NCBI GenBank assembly: GCA_963843575.1
Contig: CAWJKZ010000004.1
Coordinates: 32,001-96,000, forward strand
DNA length: 64,000 bases
Direction of reading: 5' to 3'
DNA from: an uncultured Acidobacteriota bacterium
GTDB taxonomy: Bacteria; Acidobacteriota; UBA6911
Shown: in pieces, positions 50,077 through 57,756 of the stretch
Layout of the letters: the number at the start of each line of letters is the position of its first letter
Numbering within the stretch: position 1 is the first letter of the stretch
Notes under the pieces: generated by a model
Database searches by the model: none
The model's input: the letters and a program-made list of their open reading frames with translations, nothing else
Told to the model about the DNA's origin: nothing
Translations under genes and position numbers: made by a program

Positions 50077-53000
50077 GTGGACTTGACCGGCAACTCACCG
50101 TTCAAACCAGAAGAAGGCCCGGCTCACTGCCAGCCATCGGCCAGGCACGTCACGTTTCCCAAGGACGCCTTGGAGGCCTCGATCCCGAACCGATTCGAAG
50201 ATCAGGTCGTCATCCACGCGCATCGGATGGCAGCCAAGACGCGCCTTCGCGAGTGGACCTACGCCGGGCTCAACAGGTTCTCGAACCGGCTCGCGCACGC
50301 CTTGCTCCTGGAGGGGGCACAGCCTGAACAGCGCATCGCCCTGCTGCTGGAACACGACGCTCTCCCCATCGCGTCGTTTCTCGCAGTACTGAAAGCGGGA
50401 GGGATTTGCGTTCCCCTGGAACCGCATCTCCCGGAGGGACGAATCCAGTACATCCTGCAGGATGCCGAGGCGGATTTGCTCGTCACGAATAACCGGAATC
50501 TCCCGCTTGCCCGGCGCATGACCGATTCGGTGCGGCGCATCCTGAATGTGGACGACCTTTCCCAGCGGCTTCCGGAGGGAAACCCCTCGCTTTCGATTCG
50601 GCCGAAGGCGCCGGCCTACCTCATCTACACTTCGGGTTCCACGGGGATGCCCAAGGGTGTCATCCAGAATCATCGGAACGTGCTTCACGACGTCTGGGCC
50701 TACACCCACGGCTTCTCCATAGATTCCTCAGATCGCCTCTGTCAACTGGCCTCCTGCAGCGTGGGTCAGGGAATCAAGGTGTGCTTCAACGCCTTGCTCA
50801 ACGGGGCCACACTGTTGCCGTTCAACGTGCGCGAGGAGGGGACGGCCGGCCTGGCGGCGTGGCTGAACGAGCAGGGGATCACTGTCTACCTTTCTGCCGC
50901 CACGGTCTTCCGGCACCTGACCGGCGTCCTCACCGGGAAGGAACGGTTTCCCTCCGTCCGGCTCCTCCGCCTCGCCAGCGAGCCGATCCGCCGGTCCGAT
51001 TATGAGCAGTTCAAGCGGTTTTTCCCTCCCGAGTGCATGTTCGCCAACGGGTTGTCGTCGAGCGAGACCGGCAATTACACCCAATGCTTGGTGAGGAGCG
51101 CCGACGACATTCCCGGCAATCTCGTGCCTGTCGGATATCCCGTGGAGGACAAGGAGGTCCTGCTCCTGGACGACGACGGGCGCGTGGTCCGCGAGGGGGA
51201 GGTGGGGGAAATCGCCGTCAAGAGCGCCTTCCTGTCGCCGGGCTACTGGCGGCGCCCGGAGTTGACCCGGAAGGTGTTCCTGCAGGTGGCTGAGGATCCC
51301 GAGAAGATGATTTACCTGACCGGGGATCTGGGGTTTCGCCACCCCGACGGCCGGCTCGAGCACCGGGGCCGGAAGGGATTCCAGATCAAGATTCGCGGCT
51401 ATCGGGTCGAGTTGGACGAGGTTGAAACGGTTCTGAAAAATCATCCCTCGGTCCGGGATGCGGTGGTGAAAGCCTCTGAATCCAAGTCCGGGGAGATGCG
51501 CCTGATCGCGTACGTCGTCCCTGAACGAGAGCCTCCCAGGATCGCCCACCTCCGCGATCATCTCCGGAGCTCGCTGCCTGATCCCATGCTGCCGGCTGCC
51601 TTCGTATTCCTGGATGCAATTCCCCTGGCACCCTCGGGGAAGCCCGACCGCCAGGCGCTGCGCGTGCCCGAGACCTTGTCGAACGCGTCGGAGGACGATT
51701 TCCTGGCTCCACGCGACGCGGTGGAAGAGCAGCTTGTCGCTATCTGGGCCGACGTGCTCAAGGTGAACCGAGTGGGTGTGCTCGACAACTTTTTCGAACT
51801 CGGGGGTCATTCACTGACTGCCACGCAGGTTACCTCCCGCGTGCGCAGTCTCTTCCAGGTGGAGATGCCGCTCCGCGAGTTTCTGGAGAACCCGACCATC
51901 GCGGATCTTGCGCGGTCCATCGCCCGGCAAAGGAGTCGGGGTCCGGTGTGCGGCGAACCGGCCGTCAGGCCCGTGTCCCGGGACCGGGAGCTCCCTCTCT
52001 CCTTCGCCCAGCAGAGGCTTTGGTTCCTGAATCAGCTGATCCCCGACGATCCCGTCTACAACATGTCCCGTGTCATCCGCATCGAGGGATCCCTGAACCT
52101 GGCCGCACTGGAGAGGTGCCTTACCGAAATCGTCAGGCGGCATGAACCGCTACGGACCATCTTCCCGTCCCGCGACGGCCGGCCTTACCAGAGGATCCTG
52201 GATCCCGGGCCGATCGTCCCGGAGATCGTTGATCTGTCCGGGCGGCCGCGTGCGGAAGCCGAAGCGGAAGCAAGGGCACGGATCGACTGGGAAGTGCACC
52301 GTCCCTACAACCTGCAGGAAGACCTGCCGCTCCGGACGCTACTCGTCCGCCTGGAACCCGAAGAGCACCTTCTGGTCCTGACGCTTCACCACATCGTTTC
52401 CGACCGGTGGTCACGCTGGATCCTGACCCGCGAGCTGACCGCTCTGTACCAGGCGTTTTCCGAGGACAAGGCCTCGCCGCTCCCGGACTTGCCCATACAA
52501 TACGCGGATTTCGCGTGCTGGCAGCGGGATTGGCTGAGTGGGGAGGTGCTGTCGCAGCAGGTGTCTTACTGGAAAACCCAGTTGAGCGGCGTCCCCGTCC
52601 TGGAACTTCCAGCCGATCGTCCCCGGCCGGCAATCCAGAGTTCACGCGGCGCCTCGATTTCTTTCGCGGTCAACTCGGCCGTGTCGGAGGCGCTTCGCCA
52701 GCTGGCTCAGAGCGAGGGGAGCACGCCCTACATCATGTTTCTGGCCGCATTCCAGTGTCTGCTGCACCGTTACACCGGCCAGGAGGACTTCGCCGTCGGC
52801 ACCCCGATCGCCAATCGCAACCGCGTCGAAATCGAGGGCCTCATCGGGTTCTTCGTAAACACGCTTGTGCTGCGGGCAAACATGGCGGGGAATCCCACCT
52901 TCCGCGAGATCCTGCGGAGGACCCGCGAGGCGGCACTGGGGGCGTTCGCCCATCAGGACCTGCCTTTCGAGAAGATCGTGGAAGAGCTCAACCCCGAACG

Positions 53001-55125
53001 CCACACGAATCGCACGCCCCTCTTCCAGGTGATGTTTGCACTCCAGAACGTGCCCTCGTCCGAACTTCAGCTTGCGGGTCAGCGGATCAGCACCGTCGAG
53101 TTCGATCACGGTACGGCGATGTTCGACCTCACACTCTCGATTTTCGAGGCTCCGGGGAACTACAGGGGCGTTATTGAATTCAACACGGATCTGTTCGATC
53201 GGGACCGGATCGCCCGCATGCAGGGGCATTTCTGCACCATGCTCGAGGCGATCGCCGCCGATCCGGACCTCCGTGTCGGCACACTGCCGCTCCTGACCGG
53301 ATCCGAACGCAGGCAGATTGTGGACGAGTGGAACGAGGCTCGGCTTGCCCATGCGGGGGGTCCGTGCGTTCATCAGCTGTTTGCAGCGCAGGCGGAGCGG
53401 ACACCCCACGCCGTCGCGGTGATCGGCCGGGAAGGAGAAATGTCGTACGCCGAGCTCGACCGGCGCGCCAACCAGGTCGCGCATTACCTCCGGTCGCTGG
53501 GGGTCGGCCCCGAGGTCTGCGTCGGCATCCACCAGGTGAATTCGTTGGACCTCGTGGTTTCAATCCTCGGTACGCTCAAGGCGGGAGGAGCCTACGTCCC
53601 GCTCGATCCCGGCTATCCCAGGTCGCGCCTCGAGTTCATGATAGAGGACGCGAATATCGCAGTCCTGCTGTGCGATCCTGCACTGGCTGGTTCGTTGCCC
53701 GGGACGACGGCGCGCGTGAGCTGTCTCGACTCCGTGCGGGGGGTGATCCGCCAACAGCCCGAGAACTGTCCGAATTCCGTCGTCGGCCCGGAAAATCTCG
53801 CGTACGTGATCTATACGTCCGGCTCGACGGGCAGGCCCAAGGGCGTCATGATCTCCCATCGGGCGATCGGCCATCACACGCTGTGGATACGATCGGCCTT
53901 CTCCTGGAACGGAACCGATCGATTTGCTTTTCACACGCCCATCAGCTTCGACACCTTCGCTTGCGACCTCTACGCGCCCCTCTCGGTCGGCGCCCGAGTG
54001 GTGCTGCTTCCTCCTGAAGAGCGTCGGGACATGGCGGCTCTCGCACGACTCATCGAGGAACACGAGATTACGTCGCTGCAGGTCGTGCCTTCGATGTTGC
54101 CGCCGCTGCTGAACCAGCCGGAGTTCGGGAGGAAACGCGCGCTCAGGCTTGTCCTGTGCGGCGGCGAGGCACTGTTGCGCGAACAGGCCACCAGGTTCCA
54201 CGCGCGTCTCGAAGCCCGGCTGTTCAACCTTTACGGGCCTACGGAAACCACCGTTGACGCCACCTGCCATCAAGTGCGCGCGGGCGATACGTCCGCCAAT
54301 GTCCCGATTGGGAAACCGATCTCCATTACCAGGGTCTACATCCTCGACCGGTACATGAACCCCGTCCCCGTAGGCGTGCCCGGCGAAATCCACATCGGGG
54401 GCGTGAGTCTCGCGCGAGGATATCTGAGGCGTCCGGATCTGACGGCCGGCGTGTTTCTCCCCAACCCGTTCGGTAACGAGCCCGGGGAGAGGCTATACAG
54501 GAGCGGCGACCTTGCGCGCTATCGGGCTGACGGGGAAATCGAATTCCTCGGTCGAGTGGACGACCAGGTCAAGCTGAGAGGTTTCCGGATCGAACTTGGG
54601 GAGATCGAATCGTGCCTGACACAACATCAGGAAGTGGAGGCGGCAGCAGTGATCTGCCGCGAGGATCCCACCGGGGAGAAACGACTGGCTGCCTACATCG
54701 TCCCCCGGGGAGCAGCCGCGCCGGGGAAAAAGGAGCTTCGGGAATTCCTCAACCGCATGTTACCCGAGCATATGGTGCCGGCCGACTTTGTATTCATGGC
54801 TGGTTTCCCATGCCTGCCCAACGGCAAAATCGATCGCAAGTCTCTCCCGCTGCCTGAAGTTGATCGACTGTCCGAGACCGGGCAGTATGTCGCCCCCCGC
54901 ACTCCGGATGAGGAGCGGGTGGCGAGGGTTTGGGCACAGGTGCTCGGCCTGGAACAGGTTGGAGTGTTCGATGATTTCTTCGAACTGGGAGGGCACTCTC
55001 TCCTTGCGACACGGGTGATTTTGCGGCTGAGAGAGGAATTCCAGACAGACCTGCCGCTGCGTGTGCTGTTCGACAACCCGACGGTGGCCGACCTGGTGGC
55101 CCAGATTGTCCAACAGGTCCAGTGA
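50077..55125 (+). CDS. Non-ribosomal peptide synthetase, A-T-C-A-T, no TE or R domain
   Basis: YTSGSTGMPKG, FFELGGHSL, LSFAQQRLW, HHIVSDRWS, YTSGSTGRPKG, YGPTE, NGKIDR, FFELGGHSL; GTG at 50077 after GGAGG. Confidence 0.95.
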   Translation: MDLTGNSPFKPEEGPAHCQPSARHVTFPKDALEASIPNRFEDQVVIHAHRMAAKTRLREWTYAGLNRFSNRLAHALLLEGAQPEQRIALLLEHDALPIASFLAVLKAGGICVPLEPHLPEGRIQYILQDAEADLLVTNNRNLPLARRMTDSVRRILNVDDLSQRLPEGNPSLSIRPKAPAYLIYTSGSTGMPKGVIQNHRNVLHDVWAYTHGFSIDSSDRLCQLASCSVGQGIKVCFNALLNGATLLPFNVREEGTAGLAAWLNEQGITVYLSAATVFRHLTGVLTGKERFPSVRLLRLASEPIRRSDYEQFKRFFPPECMFANGLSSSETGNYTQCLVRSADDIPGNLVPVGYPVEDKEVLLLDDDGRVVREGEVGEIAVKSAFLSPGYWRRPELTRKVFLQVAEDPEKMIYLTGDLGFRHPDGRLEHRGRKGFQIKIRGYRVELDEVETVLKNHPSVRDAVVKASESKSGEMRLIAYVVPEREPPRIAHLRDHLRSSLPDPMLPAAFVFLDAIPLAPSGKPDRQALRVPETLSNASEDDFLAPRDAVEEQLVAIWADVLKVNRVGVLDNFFELGGHSLTATQVTSRVRSLFQVEMPLREFLENPTIADLARSIARQRSRGPVCGEPAVRPVSRDRELPLSFAQQRLWFLNQLIPDDPVYNMSRVIRIEGSLNLAALERCLTEIVRRHEPLRTIFPSRDGRPYQRILDPGPIVPEIVDLSGRPRAEAEAEARARIDWEVHRPYNLQEDLPLRTLLVRLEPEEHLLVLTLHHIVSDRWSRWILTRELTALYQAFSEDKASPLPDLPIQYADFACWQRDWLSGEVLSQQVSYWKTQLSGVPVLELPADRPRPAIQSSRGASISFAVNSAVSEALRQLAQSEGSTPYIMFLAAFQCLLHRYTGQEDFAVGTPIANRNRVEIEGLIGFFVNTLVLRANMAGNPTFREILRRTREAALGAFAHQDLPFEKIVEELNPERHTNRTPLFQVMFALQNVPSSELQLAGQRISTVEFDHGTAMFDLTLSIFEAPGNYRGVIEFNTDLFDRDRIARMQGHFCTMLEAIAADPDLRVGTLPLLTGSERRQIVDEWNEARLAHAGGPCVHQLFAAQAERTPHAVAVIGREGEMSYAELDRRANQVAHYLRSLGVGPEVCVGIHQVNSLDLVVSILGTLKAGGAYVPLDPGYPRSRLEFMIEDANIAVLLCDPALAGSLPGTTARVSCLDSVRGVIRQQPENCPNSVVGPENLAYVIYTSGSTGRPKGVMISHRAIGHHTLWIRSAFSWNGTDRFAFHTPISFDTFACDLYAPLSVGARVVLLPPEERRDMAALARLIEEHEITSLQVVPSMLPPLLNQPEFGRKRALRLVLCGGEALLREQATRFHARLEARLFNLYGPTETTVDATCHQVRAGDTSANVPIGKPISITRVYILDRYMNPVPVGVPGEIHIGGVSLARGYLRRPDLTAGVFLPNPFGNEPGERLYRSGDLARYRADGEIEFLGRVDDQVKLRGFRIELGEIESCLTQHQEVEAAAVICREDPTGEKRLAAYIVPRGAAAPGKKELREFLNRMLPEHMVPADFVFMAGFPCLPNGKIDRKSLPLPEVDRLSETGQYVAPRTPDEERVARVWAQVLGLEQVGVFDDFFELGGHSLLATRVILRLREEFQTDLPLRVLFDNPTVADLVAQIVQQVQ

Positions 55126-55153
55126 ATTGGGGCACGGGTGGGAGGAGGAGCAA

Positions 55154-56128
55154 ATGGCGACGCGACGCAGGCTGGGCAAGACGGACATCGAAGTGAGTCC
55201 GGTGGGGCTGGGCTGCTGGCAGTTTTCTGCCGGTCAGGGGCTGGTCGGGAAATTCTGGGAGGCGATACCGCAGTCGGCGGTGGACCGGGTGGTGGAAGCC
55301 TCGCTGGCGGGCGGCATCAATTGGTTCGATACCGCCGAGATGTACGGCAACGGCGCTTCGGAGCGCGCCCTGGCCGCGGCGCTCACCCACGCAGGCAAGA
55401 AAGACGGCGAGGTGGTGGTGACCACCAAGTGGTCGCCGCTGTTCCGCACCGCAGAGTCCATCAAGTCGACCATCCATCAGCGCCTGAGCTGCCTCGCCCC
55501 CTTCGGCGTCGATTTGCACCAGGTGCACAACCCGCTGGGATTCTCGTCGATCGAGGCCGAGATGCGCGCCATGGCGGAGCTGGTCGCGGACAAAAGGATC
55601 CGCGCGGTCGGCGTGAGCAATTTCAACGTTGCGCGCATGCGCCGGGCGCACGCGGCGCTGGCGAAGTACGGCGTTGCGCTGGCCTCGAACCAGGTGAAGT
55701 ACAGCCTGCTCGACCGGCGCGTGGAGTTCGACGGCACCCTGGCGGCGGCCCGGGAACTGGGCGTCACCATCATCGCCTACTCGCCGCTGGAGCAGGGGCT
55801 GCTCACCGGCAAATACCACCAGGATCCGGATTACGTCAGAACGAGGCCCGGTCCGCGCAAGTGGATGGGCCGCTTCCGCGCCCAAGGCCTCCGGCGCAGC
55901 CGGCCCCTCGTCGAGGAGCTCGGCGTGATCGCGCGGGCGCATGGCGCAACCGCCGCGCAAGTCGCCCTCGCCTGGCTTTGCCAGTTCCACCAAGACTTGG
56001 TGGTCGCGATTCCAGGCGCCAGCCGAGTCGAGCAGGCCGTGGAAAACCGGGGTGCGCTAAGCCTGACCCTGTCTCCAGCCGCACTCGAAAAGCTAGATCA
56101 ACTCTCGCGTGGGGACGCACCAATGTAA
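55154..56128 (+). CDS. Aldo/keto reductase
   Basis: GLGCWQ, FDTAEMYG.G.SE, GVSNF, SNQV.YSLL, AYSPL.QGLLTGKY, AIPGA. Confidence 0.94.
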   Translation: MATRRRLGKTDIEVSPVGLGCWQFSAGQGLVGKFWEAIPQSAVDRVVEASLAGGINWFDTAEMYGNGASERALAAALTHAGKKDGEVVVTTKWSPLFRTAESIKSTIHQRLSCLAPFGVDLHQVHNPLGFSSIEAEMRAMAELVADKRIRAVGVSNFNVARMRRAHAALAKYGVALASNQVKYSLLDRRVEFDGTLAAARELGVTIIAYSPLEQGLLTGKYHQDPDYVRTRPGPRKWMGRFRAQGLRRSRPLVEELGVIARAHGATAAQVALAWLCQFHQDLVVAIPGASRVEQAVENRGALSLTLSPAALEKLDQLSRGDAPM

Positions 56129-56341
56129 CTCATATGTTATCAGTGCTTTGCCTGATTTTTGTCCTCGAAAAGTGGCCTTAAATTCGATTTTTGCCGCTCT
56201 TTTTTGCATTTAAGCAATCTCCTCCCGCAGCAAGCCCGTTGGGATGGCCGTTATTCCAGGGGAATGGCCCAAAAAATCGCAAATAAGGCCGCTTTTGGGG
56301 CACGAAATAGCGTTAAGTCACTCATCAATAAAGCACTTACT
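56125..56341. mobile_element. AT-rich repeated element with imperfect inverted ends (copy A)
   Basis: AAAAGTGGCCTTAAATTCGATTTTTG pairs imperfectly with CAAAAAATCGCAAATAAGGCCGCTTTT; 23 bp at 56161-56183 are identical to 60946-60968. Confidence 0.55.
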
Positions 56342-56382
56342 CGGGTCCGTCCCCGGTAGTAGAATTGACGAGGGGGGGAATC

Positions 56383-57690
56383 ATGCAGAACTCAGAGGGT
56401 TCGAAGTTGGGTCGCCGTTCGTTTCTGATTTCAGCGATCGGCTCGAGTGCACTGTCCTATGCCCGCATCCCCGGAGCCAACGACCGGATCGCGCTTGGGC
56501 ACATCGGGGTGGGAAGCCGCGGCACTGAGCTGCATATGATGGTGTCGCGCGTGAAGGACAAGCACAACGTGGAGACCGTCGCCGTCTGCGACCTCTGGAA
56601 AAACAACCGGGAGCGTGCGGCGGCAAGCACCGAGCGTTACTACGGACGCGCCCCGCGCGCCTTCCAGCACATGGAGGAACTGCTCGCATTGAAGGAGGTG
56701 GACGCCGTCATGATCGCCACCCCCGAGCATTCCCATTCACCCGTCCTGAAAGCGACGGCTGAAGCGGGAAAGGACGCCTACTGCGAGAAACCGATGGGGA
56801 ACGTGCTCGCCGAAGTCAAAGCGGCCCGCGACGCGGTCAAGGAGCGCAAGCTCGTCGTGCAGGTCGGGACGCAGCACCGCAGCGAGCCCTACCAGCTCGC
56901 CGCGCGCGAAGTCGTGCGCAGCGGCGCTCTCGGAGACATAAGCAAGTATGAGATCGTCTGGAATTACAACGGCCCGCGTTGGCGCGGCCGCCCCGAGGTA
57001 AAGCAGATCCGCGAGCAGGATACCGACTGGAGGAAGTGGCTGATGACCAAGCCGCCGCGCCCCTTCGACCCGCAGCTGTATTTCGAGTTCCGCCTCTACC
57101 GCGATTTCTCCAGCGGCATCCCCGACCAGTGGATGAGCCACGGCATCGATCTCGTCCACTTCTTCCTGAACGAAGTGCCGCCCCGCTCGGTTGTCGCCCA
57201 GGGCGGCGTGTTCGCATGGCACGACGGCCGCGAGAACCCCGACACGTTTCAGGCCCTCGTCGAATACCCTTCCTTCCTGGCCAGCTTTTCGACCAGTTTC
57301 GGCAACGATTGCGACAGCTTCTCGCGGATCATGGGGAAGAAGGCGACGCTCGTCAACATCGGCGGCGAGGGGAGCCCCCGCTGGAAGGTGGTCGAGGAAA
57401 AGGGAAATCACGAAAGCAACCCCTACATCCAGCGTACCGAGAAATGGGTCACGCTTCCCGGCGACGACAAGCCCGGCCCGATCAACATCGGCGACGAGGA
57501 CCTGTCCCATCTGACCAACTGGTTCGACTGCCTGCGCAGCCGGAACGCGAAGACCAACGCGACCGTCGACACCGGCTTCATGCATTCGGTCGCCTGCATC
57601 ATGGCCACCCAATCCTACTGGCAGGGCAAGCGCCTGTATTACGATCCCAGGACCGAGCAGATAAAGGACAGTGCACCCGCGACGGCATAA
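56383..57690 (+). CDS. Tat-exported Gfo/Idh/MocA oxidoreductase
   Basis: GRRSFL Tat motif, GANDRI..GHIGVGSRG, IATPEHSH, YCEKPM, QVGTQHRS, DQWMSHGID. Confidence 0.92.
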   Translation: MQNSEGSKLGRRSFLISAIGSSALSYARIPGANDRIALGHIGVGSRGTELHMMVSRVKDKHNVETVAVCDLWKNNRERAAASTERYYGRAPRAFQHMEELLALKEVDAVMIATPEHSHSPVLKATAEAGKDAYCEKPMGNVLAEVKAARDAVKERKLVVQVGTQHRSEPYQLAAREVVRSGALGDISKYEIVWNYNGPRWRGRPEVKQIREQDTDWRKWLMTKPPRPFDPQLYFEFRLYRDFSSGIPDQWMSHGIDLVHFFLNEVPPRSVVAQGGVFAWHDGRENPDTFQALVEYPSFLASFSTSFGNDCDSFSRIMGKKATLVNIGGEGSPRWKVVEEKGNHESNPYIQRTEKWVTLPGDDKPGPINIGDEDLSHLTNWFDCLRSRNAKTNATVDTGFMHSVACIMATQSYWQGKRLYYDPRTEQIKDSAPATA

Positions 57691-57756
57691 CCCGCGCGGG
57701 GCGGCGGCCGGGCCCGAAGCCGGGCGGGCGCTTCAACTCCTTGGACGCGCGGATCG

